Source: Hydrolagus affinis
Taxonomy: Eukaryota
Reading direction: 5' to 3'
Assembly (NCBI GenBank): GCA_012026655.1
Contig: JAAILG010000699.1
Span: 1-64,000 of the forward strand
Length of the DNA: 64,000 nucleotides
The notes beneath the pieces were generated by a model. It was not told the origin of the DNA, made no database searches, and saw only the letters and a list, made by a program, of their open reading frames with translations. A program made the translations under genes and the position numbers. The first letter of the stretch is position 1, and every line of letters starts with the position of its first letter. This document shows positions 49,359 to 63,282 of this stretch, piece by piece.

Positions 49359-52300
49359 CGGCTGTTGTTGATGGTGTAGATACACTGTAAAATGTAGCTG
49401 TCCATGCATTTTGTAAGCTATTGCCAATTTACGCACAGCAACCAATACCTGACAAAACAGCCGTGAAGCAAGTGACCAATTGTTTGTTTGCGGAAATCAT
49501 TGGCTGGGACATTGGGAGACACTCCCTCTGCTTTTTAAATAGTGCCACGGCATCTTTGACATCCAGCTGAACAAGTACAGACTGCACCTCGGATTAACAT
49601 CAAAAGGTTTTCTTGCCAATTTCACAAGTGTGACAACTGGCTAAATTGCCACTCATTATTAAGAAATATTGCGTTGAAGGCTTCAGACAACACTCCCTCC
49701 CTTCAATCCACAATCTCTTCTGTGTGAGTCCCAATCATTTTGGTGAATTTTCCGAGTTACTCCAAAATTTTTAGATTCAGGTTTAGAATTCCCACCTTCA
49801 GATCAATGTTTTCAATTACATTGTTTAATCCCCCCCGCCACCCCCCCATCCCATCCTACACCTACCCACCCAATCATACTCGGGCTCCCAATCAGTTGTG
49901 TAAAGTTGTTGAAACATCCTCCCGGGTCTCTTCGTGGCTGAGCCGACTCTGAATTATAATAATAATCCTTGCATTTGATATAGTGCCTTATCACATTATT
50001 GAGATGTCTGGGCATTGCTGATTCCAGACCAGCTAGTCCTCCTGGTTCATAGCTCCGATTTGGTGGAGTAGACCAGTCACTGTGGGGGCAGGTATTCTTC
50101 CTGCTCAGCTTCTGTTAACTCTCAGCCAAAGCCTTGACGGGTAGGATGTTTCTCAGCTGGAAGAGCAACAGGAAAGCTGCCAGGCAGTGTTTGCATTGGC
50201 AAGTTATAACTAGTAAATTACGAAGCAAACGCAACACGCATCTGCTATTTAGCTACACACAATCCTGCCAACTACACCAAAAAAAATAAAGAGGAGGCTT
50301 AGTTTGTATTCACCTTGAGTTTATTCCAATTTAGATATGGTGTGGGTGGGGTGGGTGGGTGGGTGCCATGATTTAAACAGTTTATTTACTCGAGTCCTGC
50401 TTGTCACTCATGGTCAAAATCACAAACTGATCACCAGAAGTTTCATTCAGTTACGGTATAATATTCAACTCCCTCCCTGAAGGCCCAGCAGACCATTGAT
50501 CTAGGTTTTATCCTGTGCGTTTCTAAGCGAACTCCAACTCCCTCTTCCCTCTCAGGTTACAAGTTAAATACCCCTCTTGTACCTTGCCAGCCATTACCTT
50601 GCAGACAGCGATGTCAAGTCTCTCTGGAGACCTGTGATCACCTTCCAATTGCTGATAATTCCATCTGATTTGATTGTAGAGCTTGCATTTTCATTGCATG
50701 CTGTTACTCACAATACTGCACCAATCCATGATTCGATGCAGTGCCTTATCACTTTATCGAGATGTATTTGTCGACGAACGCAGCAGTCGATTTATGCATA
50801 CACAGCAGTGTTTCACAAGCAGCCAATTTAAGCGAACGACCTATTCTGTTTGGAGTGTTTGCTGGCTGAGAGAAACTCCTCTGACTTTTCAAATAGCACA
50901 TACTGACCAACGTGAGGTGCGTGAAACCACTGACATCTTGAAGTCCCAGAAAGGTTCGTCAAAATCTTGAGTTCATTATCGGCTCCACTCTGTAATTTTT
51001 GGAATGGGTGGAACTTGCTTCAGTGGAATAAAGTTACTGTTTTATTCCAATCCTGTGGGTGATTTGGATGCCTTGTCGTAACATAAGCCAAAAAGAATTA
51101 TGAACTTGTTCCAATTTTTTCAGTTTATGGAATTTGACATTCGCTCTATTTCTTAGCTTAAACCATTAGATTTAGATTCAGCCAAGAGATCCTGATAGAA
51201 ATTATAATTAGAGCCAGCGAATGCAAGGTGCTTATTACAGCAAAATACAGGCAGGTGGATGCCGGAAGCCTTGGGGTGGTTTTATTTTTTGTGTGTGTGT
51301 CCCCTTTTTCAAATGCTTTGCTTCATTTGTTGCTGCACGTAAAAGGCTAAAGGGATGACTTGTGTTTTGCTTCTCTCCAGTTCCCGTTTGTTTGCAGTTA
51401 AGTTCTCACAAGTTAGCAAGCAGCGAGTGACTGTGAGATCAAGGGGTGTTAGAGATGAATGGAAGTCATTGTGGGAGATTAAGATGTGTAGGGCCTGGAG
51501 TAAAGGAAGGGCGGGATGACTCTAGAGAACGCTTTTTAAGATAGCTCTACCTGACCAGAACTGTCAGGAATAATGAACCTGTTCATGTAAAGCACGCAGA
51601 ACTTAAAAAGAAAACAACAAAAAACTGAATGCTTTTGATTTTTTTTAAATGGATGTTGATGTAAGGTAATAAAACAGTTCCAGTCCTTGAAAAGGAAGTT
51701 CTAAGAAGGTACTGAAAAGGTGTTTACCAAGACTTTGTCAAAGGGGAGGTAGATCCGGGGACGATAAAAGAGCGGAATAAAATTGAAAGAATGTTTGTAA
51801 TATTTATCTTTTTAAAACAAATGGGTTGAATGGCAACCTATTGTATCGTTTGGAAAGCACCTGCATGTTGCAAGGTACCTGCCCTTTCCATAGCTTTGTT
51901 TTGGAATTCATTCGTAAATATCTACAGTACATTGCAGTCGCGTTGAAAACATTTCATATGAGAGTTGGTAAACAGCGCGTCATGCGTTCTCCTGTGGCAC
52001 GGTTTGAATAATAATAATAATCCTTGCATTTGACATAGCGCCTTAGCATGTCATTGAGATGTCTCAAAGTGCTTCACAGAATATACTGTAAAGTGTAGTG
52101 ACTGTGTTTTTCATGGGCAAATTAGTAATGTTTCCACTTTTAGCACATTGGGATACATCGCTCTGAGACTTCAGTATACATGTTTTTCTGTGTAAATCAG
52201 GACATTTGGGCTCATGTTAGCATTTATACTCCACATAAGCCTCAACCCCTCTTAATCCCCTCTCCTGTACACCTCTAAACCCTTCTCTCTTGCTTGCATC

Positions 52301-54020
52301 AAGTTTCCTCTGAAATACATGATCTTTTTGTTTTTGCTTCGACCACAGCTTCCAATTCTATTGAGAATTGCACATTCTCACCACCCTCTGTGTGAAGAAG
52401 TTCCTTTTAAACTCTCTTTTAGATCTGCTCCTGGCTATCTTACATTTACATTTCCCCCCTGTTCTGGACTCTCCAACAGGTAGAAACAACCTTTTAACAT
52501 TAATCCTTCTTCTTGAATCCGTTGATAATTTTAAATGTATCTATCAGCTCAGTCGCCCCAAGTTCCAGTGAAAGAGAGAGAAAAGCAGCAAGCTGTAATT
52601 TAAAAATCACTTTCTATATTTAATCTTTCCCTCTCTACACAATTTTGCAAATCTGGATGTTAAATGTGGCCGATCTGCCGAGCAAATGAGCAATGACTGA
52701 CCTAATAGTATGATCATTTTCACGAATGGAAAATTAAACCATCTGTGGAAAGATATTAGCCATTTAACTCAACAGAAGGAGATTTCATTTACTCTGGGAT
52801 TAGTATTTTTACTTCCTGGGTGTCCATCTCTCACATTGGCACCAAAACTAAACTCTGATGTTTGAGTGTCTGTCTCACCATGTCAGAGTTAGATTAATTA
52901 TCCTAATGTATGTTTATATTGCGCCTTTCAAGTTAGAAGGATGTCTCAAAAGCGCTTCAAACCACTAGCTGGGAACTCGAGTCAGGGAACTGTAGAGAGG
53001 AGAGGGAGGGGAAGAAGGGCGAGGGGGGTTTTAAAGTTGTCATTTTCACCAGCACCGTTTTCTTCCATCTTCTTGCACATTGCCCTTCTCCATCAATATC
53101 CCACCCAAAAAACTGCAGAAACCCAAGTCCATGCCTTTGTTACCTCTCTCAGTTGAACTACTCCAATACCCTCCTTGCCTGACTCCCCTACTACAACATT
53201 CACAAAATTCAGCTCATCCAAAACTCCGCTACCCACATTCTCACCTGATATACAACAACAACTTGCCTTCTTATAGTGCCCTTCATGTGAGATAGTATCC
53301 AAGAATACTATGCACAAATTGGTTGTGCATGGAATACACTATACAGCTTATTCCGTGAAGAGCTTTGAGTTTTCCTCCCTCTTAATACGAGAGGTGCTGT
53401 ATCAGATGCTAGTATTATTGCCGTTAATACTAAGCAAAACAGTAGAACCTAGCCAAACTATGAGAAGGTGATAATAAAACAATCACATATTCAATGACAT
53501 GACTTGGGTTTCGTTTTCTGTTGTGGTCGTTTGGGCGTAGTATTCACATACCTTGGCCCGGTCTCATCTTATGTATCATCTTATGAATACCGCAAATCAC
53601 TTTCCTGACATATTCAAATGGTAGTTTGATGGGTTTCAATTTTTTTTATTTTTTATTTTTATTTTTTCTTTTTTCTTAGATTTTTTTTTCTTTTTTCTTT
53701 AATAGTAATCATGCTTATATTTGATATACTGCTTTATCACATTGTTGAGGTGTCTCAAGGTGCTTCACAATATATTCTGTAAGTTGACCATTTGTGGGCG
53801 AAACACAGCAGCAAATTACACGCAGCAGTGTCCCACAAACACTTTCGGGACACTGCTGAATGACAAAATAATTTTTTTTGAAGGGATTATTACTCCCGGA
53901 AAACAGTCTGTCAATTGACGAACAATACGGTTCCTACATACTGCTAGATAAACAGTTGTGTGCCTAAAGAATTTGCCTTAGGAAATTTGCCTAAGGTTTC
54001 ACCCTCTTTAGGAATCGAAT

Positions 54021-54395
54021 CAACAACAACAACTTTGACTTATATAGCACCCACCACGACGAACGGCGTCTTAGAGCGCTTCACAGTAGCGGATCCCGGG
54101 ACCGAGGGGGTAGAAAGGTGACCAAAGGCGCAGTCGAAGAGAAAGGTCTTCAGCTGTGACCTGAAACTGGGAAGAGAGGGGGCGAGGCGAAGGGAGTGAG
54201 GAAGGGAGTTCCAGAGCCTTGGGGTATGGTGGCTGAAGGCACGGCCGCCGAGGGTGGAGCGGAGGATTCGGGGACATGGAGGAGGCCAGACCCGATGGAT
54301 CGAAGGCAGCGGGCGCTGGTTTGCGGAGAGAGGAGATCAGAGAGATAGGAGGGTGCAGAGGAGTGGAGGGACTTGAAAACAATCTGGGTTCTCCC
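54021..54395 (-). mobile_element. Relatively young L2 family-B 3' fragment between two SINE pieces
   Basis: (caa)n tail, CpG-rich body, and a minus-strand AFS..PKLWNSLP-like ORF2 end. Confidence 0.8.
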
Positions 54396-57300
54396 GCTTT
54401 AATAATAATAGTAATCCTTGCATTTGATATAGCGCTTTTTACGTGTTCTAGATGTCTCAAAGTGCTTCACAGAATGTACTGTAAAGTGAATTGACTGTAA
54501 AAGTATATTTGTGGGCAAAACTTTAACTTTAAGTAGTTAGGTTATGCTCTTTAATTAGAAAGTCTACAGTTAATGATTACATCTCATTGCTGAGTTATTC
54601 ATTCGGGCTCCTTAGCTGCAACTCTAAGCTCATACTTCCTTGAATGTAATCAGTAGGTTAGGACCTTTCAAATTCACAACCCAATGTTAAGTCAAACCAA
54701 AACTTGTTTTTTTTTCCCTTGGTTTTATGTTAATAACAGGTTTTTGTTAACTTCTTTGAGTAAACAGTTTCCACTCTATGTTGAAAAAGCATCCAGTTTC
54801 ATTTTTTTTCTTCTTTTTTGAGTCTCGAAGCTAATTTCTTGAATCTAAGTAAAACACTCACCACAAATTAGTGAGAAATGTGCAGCAATAAGCGAGTTGA
54901 TTCAGGAGAGTTGAAGGGATTACTGCATATTTTCAGATATTGGACAACCCTGTAAAGAATTCCAACCCAACATGAATGCCGAGTTATTTTCCATTTGCAG
55001 GAGTGACTGCGATTAAAAATAGGTTTGAAAGGTTTAGCTGTGCTGGCGGACTTGGACATCGATGAGCTCCAGTTATACCCCTCTCCAGTGGAGAAAATAG
55101 CATCAACATTTCTGACCTGGAATCGCTTGATTATATTTGGAAATATCATTACAATACAAACACAAATTTACATTTGTACCCCTTTCACATTGGGAGAACC
55201 TTTCAAGGAGATTAACAATGCTGGCAAACTAGCTCGGCGTTGAGCCGAGAGGAGAGGGAGACAGGAAAGGTTACCAAAAGCACGGTTCATGGCGCTTTCA
55301 ACATTACACTGAAGTCTCACGTGCCTGCTCAGGCGGCCGTAAAAAGATCCCCTGGCCCTATTTCTCTCTCCCGGTGTTCTGGCCAACAAGCCCCCTAGCA
55401 AAATTGAACACTCGCTCCATGGCTGTTTGTGTGATGTGTTGTGCGAAACTGGCTGCCATGTTGCTGTTGCTGTTACACTACTGTATGCTTTGAGACATCT
55501 CAACGACATGATAAGGAATTCTTTATCAAAAGCAACAAATGCATTTTCTTTCATTACTCTTAAGGAGGTAGGTCTTGATATCTTGATACAGATCTTGTAC
55601 AAGGTGGGACTCCGGGATGGAGTTCCAGAAAGCGGGGGCGGTTAGGGTGAAAGCGGGACATGGATGGAGGGGAGGGCGGGGAACAGGAAGCAGGCTAGTA
55701 CGCAGTGAATTAAGAGAGTAGCCCTGTCAGTAGGGTTTGAGGAAGTGACTTGAAACAACATCGTGAAACCTCAAGACAGACCGAGATAGCATTGCTGTGG
55801 TTTGATGGGTTTGAGATGATTTATGTAGATGCATGTGACTGTAAACAAGTAGAAAACAAAGTTTGCCAAAAAAAGCAGTATGATTCTCTTTAGTTGATCT
55901 AATTGCCAGGATAGCTATTTTTTAGGTCCTTTTCATATCCTGAATATCAACCAGCCAATATTTACGCTGACCTGGTCTTGTGTAGATAGAAACTTCGAAG
56001 CTTTGAGGTCAGTAAATAGAAAGAACAACTGCAGCCAAATATTAATATACTCTAAAGGAAAACAGGATTAAATTGCCACCACAGAGCACAAAGGAGAAAT
56101 GCCGCATATTTTAATATAATACTAATATAAGCCTATTTTTAAAAAAAGCTTCTGAAGTGTTTATTTCAACGAGATATAAATCACGATACAGATGGACTTT
56201 GTACAACTCTCTCTCTCTCGAAAAGACTGCAGGATGTTCGTTGGTTCCTGTCTTTTTCGATGTTGCATCCCGCAGAAGGCTCTTTAAGTTGCTGTTTTGT
56301 CAAGGCTTTTTGATCTGAACCCATTAACATTTCACTGACTAATGATTGACGCCTCTCACTGAAACACAGGGACAAAGGCCTTGACCAACATTCCCCACTG
56401 CACCAGATTTTTTTTGGCAAAAAATTGGTCATTCACTTGATGGCTGTTTGTGGAACTTTGCTGTGCACAAATTTGGTTGCCGCGCTCGCCTACAAATACA
56501 GAATTGCTCACTTTATAGTAAAAATCTGTGAAGCACTCAGATGCTTCAGCAATAGAAGGCTTATTAAAGTACACTTCACTTTGTAACAAGCTCCTGAGTT
56601 TATCTGCAGGTAATAGTGCCTGGAGTGGCTTGTGTCTTTGATGATATCCTATCCCCCAGATTAAGGCATACCTTCCTTCGTATCATTATTTAAAATGCTG
56701 TTTGAGTCAACTTCAAAGACCAGCCTGAATTTCCACCTTGTGTCTCCAACAGGGACAGTTTTCTGCAGGTTGTGAATCTGAAGCTGCTTTCTGTTTTCTG
56801 GGTTTTCCTTGGCAAAGCGCAAGCCACCGGCAGCAACCTGGCCATTGCCAGCGCTGACTTAGGGTTAGTTTTGGGATGCAGATATTTGCAAACCAACTAG
56901 ATCCCTCTGCTCTAGGATATTTTTTGGTCTCAACCTCCTGTGGTGTGGATTATCAGCATGTCAGTTAAGCAGCTGAGATGAAAGAGATCTGTTGGCAGAT
57001 GCGGAATGTATTTTGGTTGCTACCCATGTTTATTTATTATTATTAATAATAATATAATTATAATCGTTAATCATCATCCAATGCCAGGAGGACATCTCAA
57101 AATGCTTCACATGGTTTACTGGAAAGTGTATAATCACTGCCTTTATTGCAGGTGAATGCAGAAGCTAGTTTGCACTCAACAATGTCCCACTAATAGCCGT
57201 GAAATTACTGTGATTTTTATCTGTGGGATTGTTGGCCATGATACCATTTCTCCATTGCAATAGGATTTTTAACGTTCAACTGGAAAGGCAAACAGGACCT

Positions 57301-60300
57301 TTGTTTAATGTCGCATTTGAAGGACTATACCTCTGACAATGGAACACCCCCCTCCCACCACTATTGTGTGAAATATCAGCCTGATCTAAATGAGTTCTAA
57401 GTCCCCATGTGAACACTAAACCTTCGACTAAGAGGCGAGAGTGCTTGCTTAACAAGTTGGTACATTTCCCATTGAGAAATGGCCCCAGTTTGTGTGTATT
57501 TTCTTTTTTGTCATCTCTCTTAGCACCAGAGCAGAATAAAATAAGAATCAATTGTGTGATGGCCAAATTACTCACCTGCTTTGTTCACGTCAGATTTACT
57601 GTCAATTAACTTCAAAACTACCATCAAATGCAATTCGATAGCACTTAAGAGTAGGATATGTAGAAAGGTATTTTCTGCATTTAACCATACATATGACTGA
57701 AGAACCTATTCAACTATCTGCGTAGAAATTTAATAGCTTCTTAAATGTATTTAAATATTCTAAAGTGGTTTATATAAATCACCTGATGAATCACTTATCC
57801 ATTACAGTGAGAATGCCTATTTTGTGGCTGTGCCTACATATATGACATCCAAACAAAGCCATTCAATATGATTTGATATGCCTCCAAAAGCTCTGTGCTG
57901 TATTTTCAGTCTTGAAGTTAATAATAATCATCATCCTTGCATTTGATACAGCACCTTTCACAGGCTGTCTCAATTGGATATCTCAAAGCATTTCACTGGA
58001 TTTATCATAAAGTGCAGTGACTATTTTGCAGGTGAACAGCAGCCAATTTGCCTACAGCAATGCCGTTGGACATCTTGAAGAGAATGATTCATTTGATTAT
58101 TTGGAAGATTGTTGGGTGGGACACTGGGAATGACTGCCTTCTCTTTCCCAATAATAATGGGATCTTTAATATCCATTTGAACAGGCACACGGTTTAAGAT
58201 TCCATCTGAAGAATGACCTCTGACAACACGTTAAAGATCACACCTGAAATGAAGAGGGAACCTCTCTCAGTTTCCTGTCCAACAATACAACAGATACAAT
58301 TGACCATTCACTTCATGACTGAAGTGACTGTGGGTAATTGTTTGCCCAAATTAGATTGCCGAATTTGCCTAACCATACAACAGTCACTACTCTTTACAGT
58401 AAATCCTGTGAAGCACTTATTATTATGATGACCGAAGGCGACACTTAGGAGTATTGCTACTTGACATGTTTTTCATTGTACTTATTTCTTCGGAAATACT
58501 TTACAATCACTTTAACAGCGTGAATACTTTGCAGTACTTCAAAGGTGACGATCACCTTTTCAATCCCAGTATTTTGTGACTGCAGATTACTGTAGCCATG
58601 AGTCCTGATTAAGTAAAATTTCTGGTGGTGAGGACTCCGCATGCCCACTTCACGCGCAAGAAGTAGGTCATTTTGGCCGGCAGGAAGTTTGTTCGATTGA
58701 CTTGCAGGATCTCTGCCCGGAATATATAATCCATTGAAGTGATGTTCCCAAGGGTTGAGGTGATGCATGGCTGATTCTCTTATCATGAAATTGCATCAGA
58801 AATCATCACATAATTAACCTCTAAATCTCGTTCACTTTTGAAAACAATCTCTGTGAATTTCTTTATCGTGCAGTTTCCCAGCTGACAGATGTCTCTCTGT
58901 CAAAGGGTCTTGTTACTTCTATGTTGCTTCTCCGCATTTTTGGTATTCATTATATAAAGTGTGCCCTTACTGTATCTCATAAACAATCATAATATTTCGT
59001 CACTTTAAGTTTACAGTGTCAGATCCTAAATGCCTAAAATTACACAGGCGGAGTGATGTGTGGATAAATACTGTCACTATAAAGGGAATGTTTATCTGGC
59101 CTAAATTGTTTTTCCTGAAATAATTTCTCAAATAGACAGCAACACATAAGAACAGGCTTGGTGGTCCCATTGATTTTTCGTTTTGACAATATTAACATTC
59201 CTTTGAGTTTGAAGGTCTGAGGCATCCCAAAAGGGGTCAAATTTTTTTGCGTCGTCGAACTCCAATTATCATCCCATCAGGAATATTTTTTCCTGGTAAA
59301 TGGTTATGGGAAAGCGCCAAAGGATACTTCCACTCCCGTTTCATCTAAATTAAGGGAAATGCAGTAATTAAAAATAATTATCCTGTCCCTTGTTTCGAGG
59401 AAGGGGGAATGACTTTTTTTTGATAGTTTACAACGCTCGTTAGAAGAAAATATACGCCCAAAATACTGACTTTTTCACATTAATCAGCATACTTAACATT
59501 ACTTAATGTTGTCTTTTTTGTTTCTAATCGTATTTTCTTTGAATAAGATAATAAGCATGCATCATTGTGGAGTCCTCTAGGTTATTGGTTAGAGCACTCA
59601 CCTCACAAGCGTGAGGATCTAGGCTTGATTCCCAAACAGGGCGAATTATTAGGCAAATTCCTTGCTCCAGGTACCTCTTATTTCCTAACAGTTAGTAAGA
59701 ATCTGGTCATTAGTTGATTGGCAGATCGATGCAGTGTCATTTAGTTTTCTTGGGAACTTATTGGGTATCCACTAACCTTGAGCAAAAATAATTCTTTAAA
59801 TTCTTAATCTCCCTGGAGCCTGTATAAATAAACATGCACCCATTGCTTATATCTGCGTTATCTGTGGCCTTGGCATTTTAAAGACTTAGATCATGTCTCC
59901 ACCTGCATCCAATTCCTATGAATTATCTATATTGCGCTTCTCTACACTCTCACCAATGCTTAAACAGCTCAAAGCTGCACATGATATGGATTGTCACAGC
60001 CTAAATTTCTTTGATGATTAGCACACAAACAATTTGTCGTGTATCAGTGCTGATTTAAGATCAACTTCAATGTGTGTTGAGCAATGGCTGTCAGGATTGT
60101 GTTCAGATGTCGACATGACCCTTGATGGTCCCTAGTATACTATTCCCATGTGGTTGTTCAATGGGAACAATTACGAAAAGACGCTTTGGAAGTTTGTAAT
60201 TGCATAAAAAATAAACAAAATGTACGTACTTCAGACGTAAGCACTAAACGATCTTTGAATTGACACCCATTATACACCTCAATAGCAAAGGTTGATTTTT

Positions 60301-60544
60301 TTTTGGAGACAAATTGGGGATTAGGTGAACTACGAAATAGATTACTGCAAAACGCCAGGAAAACTATTCATGTCCCGCGTTGTATCCTTAATAATTATAC
60401 GTGATCCTTTACGAAACTGAAAGCAGTACGCAGAACAACGTCCTCAAAGTTCAAGCTTAATCCCTTGTCTTGAATAAATAGGAACTCTGTGTAGACTCTG
60501 CATGAAAAACTACAAATTCAACTTGATATCTATCTCTTTCCCTT

Positions 60545-60579
60545 TAACTATTTAAAGTTATGATAACTTTAAATAGTTA
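60545..60579. repeat. Perfect palindrome with 17-bp arms and 1-nt spacer
   Basis: taactatttaaagttat-g-ataactttaaatagtta. Confidence 0.95.
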
Positions 60580-60840
60580 TGAACTAAAACCCATTGGTTA
60601 ATTTAGTCTGAAACTCACATTGGCATTCTGTCTGTCTACATTGGGAGGTACCCCAGATCGTTAGCGAGGTTTTCATTCCAGGACTGGTTTTTTTTGGAGC
60701 AATCTACTGAACTGTTGTAATAGTCAGAATAATTCTTGCATTTGATATAGCGCCTTATCACATCTGCGAGATGTCTCAAAGCGCTTCACAGAATACACTG
60801 TAAAGCGAATTGACTGAATATTTTGGAGGCGAAAACGCGG

Positions 60841-61027
60841 CAACAACAACAACTTTGATTTATATAGCGCCCTCCACGCCAGACGGCATCTCAGAGCGCT
60901 TCATAATAGCGGTTTCCGGGACCGAGTCGGGCAGTGAAAGAAAGGTGACCAAAGGCGCGGTCGAAGAAAAAGGTCTTCAGCTGGGACCTGAAGCTGAGAA
61001 AAGAGGGGGGTGAGGCGAAGGGAGTGA
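60841..61027 (-). mobile_element. L2 family-B 3' end inserted inside a minus-strand Deu-SINE (about 60730-61080)
   Basis: The SINE reads ...ggcgaaaacgcggca, is interrupted by (caa)n plus L2 tail, and resumes ggcagcgaattgcg. Confidence 0.8.
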
Positions 61028-62807
61028 GGCAGCGAATTGCGTGAGGTCGTGGATTGAGTGACCAAATTATTATTATTACTATTAGTTTCAAGGAATTGTT
61101 GACCTCTGTAATAGAGGCATTCTTTTATCTCCTCAGCATCTGAGGGATGACAGATCTCAGGGTTTGGATCGCAAAATTTGCTACCTGGATTCCCAAACAC
61201 CAACTGGGACTCACAATAGTGATTCCCGTTGGTAACCAGATGAGTGTTTTGCTGCCCCGGGGGCACCTCACACTGGTAGGACCTATTTGCCTCAGCCTGG
61301 CTCAGTTGGTAACACTCTCGCCTCTGAGTCAAAAGGCAGGAGATCAAGTTCCGTGTGAGGACTTTGAGCTCATGGTTTAGATACAATACTGAAGGCTTGC
61401 TGCACTATCAGAGACGCTGACAAGTACTTCAGGTGACATGTTCAACCAAGTTCAGGGCACTGCTTGAAAAGAGAAGGCAGCGGCCTCTCGTTACCCTGGT
61501 GAACAATCCCCCAATAAACATTGGTTGTTCACTGTTTGTCTATTTGTTGTAGTCAAGTTGGCTTCAGTGTTTGCCTATATATTGCAATCAAATCACTGAA
61601 CAATAAATCCTGTGAAGCACTTTCAGACGTCTTGATGAGGTGGTAATATGTTACATCAATCGTAAGGATTCTTAGTATTATTTCTGGTGCAAAGTACTGT
61701 ACTTTGGGCATTTGGTGGGTTGTAGTTAAATGGTTGAATCGTTGCTGTGGTGGAACTAAGCACTAAATGGTCGGCCTTAATTTCAGGCACACTTCCAAAC
61801 TGATGGGAGACTCGTGTCTTCAACATTAACAAGCTTTGCGTGAATGAGAAACAGACATTGCTTCTTGGAAACGAAGTCTGCGTCAATTACGAATAAGAGA
61901 ATTCCCACCAATTAAATACATGCTTATTCTGTTCTCTGACGGTTTGATTCCTCGACCCTCCCCACTACAATAAGTTCAGAGTTTCAGATGCAATGCTGGT
62001 TGGAGGCACCAGCTCAGGCCAAGGCTGGAAAGCCTGAGGAATCTTTCAGGAACTTGTTTTCAATACCTTGAACTTGACAGCATTCATGGCATCCCGTGAG
62101 CAAACCGTTTTCACTGCGCTCTCACTATCAGCACCAGTAATGAGAGAAAAGCGTGGAGAGGCAAGGATTGTGGATAACACTAACAATAATATTAACAATA
62201 ATACAGCTAATAATACTACAGCTAGCAATACTTATCCCATTGTTCAGATGGCTCAAATCGCTGGGGGTGACTGTGTATTTTGTGGGTGAAACACAGCAAC
62301 CAGTTTGCGCTCAGCAATGCCTCACAAACAGCCATGAAGTGAGGGACCAATTTTATTTGGGAGATTTGTTGGAAAGGACACGGGTGTGGGGAAGGGAGAG
62401 AGAAACTCCCTTCCATTTTTGAATAGTTTCAGTGGATCTTTCAAGTCCATTTACCTGAACAGGTAAACAGAACCTTACATAAAAGAAGGAATCTTATCAC
62501 ATCTATTATATTTATATTGGACTGCTGTTCACTTCTGTTCACTTTCAATAAAAGAAAAAAAGAGTAATCTCACACCAACTAACTTGGCTCGGAATCCCAC
62601 ATGTTCCCAAGCCTCCTTCTTATCAAATGTATTTGGTATTGCTACTGTTTTACATCCCACGCATATCCCAATATTGTACAGACTTGTGAGACCGAAACTT
62701 GGTACGGGCAGGGAGATATTACTGTCTCTGAATGTCAGATTCCTTTTACTCCAGAGAGGATTGTGTGTTAATCATTTCCTTGTGTTTTTTCCCCCCTCTC
62801 TCTTCAG

Positions 62808-62879
62808 TGATCTGAGTATGAACAACATCAACGACTTGAAACCCAACGCATTTGGAAATCTCCACTTCCTGGAAGAGCT
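62808..62879 (+). CDS. LGR6: LGR6 exon 2, one leucine-rich repeat
   Basis: 72-bp phase 2-2 exon reading (L)DLSMNNINDLKPNAFGNLHFLEE(L). Acceptor cccccctctctcttcAG, donor GTAAGT at 62880. This is the canonical one-LRR exon of LGR4/5/6. Confidence 0.95.
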
Positions 62880-63282
62880 GTAAGTAACAAAGGCGAACGC
62901 TGTGTGGGGGGAGAGGGCAAAATCATATTTGTTGAACATTTTTGTAAATAATAATAAGAATCCTTTTATTTGATATATATATAATACATGAATATATCGC
63001 GTCTTTCACATCGGGATGGTATCTATAAGCACTTCACAGCATGTGTACTTTGTCGGTGAAAGCGGCAGCCGATTTGTGAACAGCAGTGTCCCACTTACAG
63101 CCGTGAATGATTTTATATAAAGGAGATTGTTGGTCAGGATACAAGGAGAAACCTCTTCTTTTTGAGGAGCAAGTGAATCCAGCGATTGTGCCTCAACCAT
63201 CCTTCTTTGCAACCTGTTTCAGTCATTAGTTAACGTATTGCTTGTATATTGTATGTAAAATTAGACAGTATTAGACAAAATG

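Larger units (their letters stand above)
15651..62807 (+). other. LGR6: LGR6 intron 1 (47,157 bp, GT-AG, phase 2)
   Basis: Begins gtgagt and ends cccccctctctcttcAG. Splicing gives YL|DLSMNN in frame. Confidence 0.88.

Noticed and set aside
58457-58786. 109-aa antisense ORF in intron 1
   Set aside because: No homology I can recognise and no supporting promoter or splice signals.
15466-62879. Alternative assignment as LGR5 or LGR4
   Set aside because: Cap residues (EEDGILL, CSELGL, SPLT) and a same-strand PTP gene directly upstream fit LGR6 better. LGR5 cannot be fully excluded without a tree.
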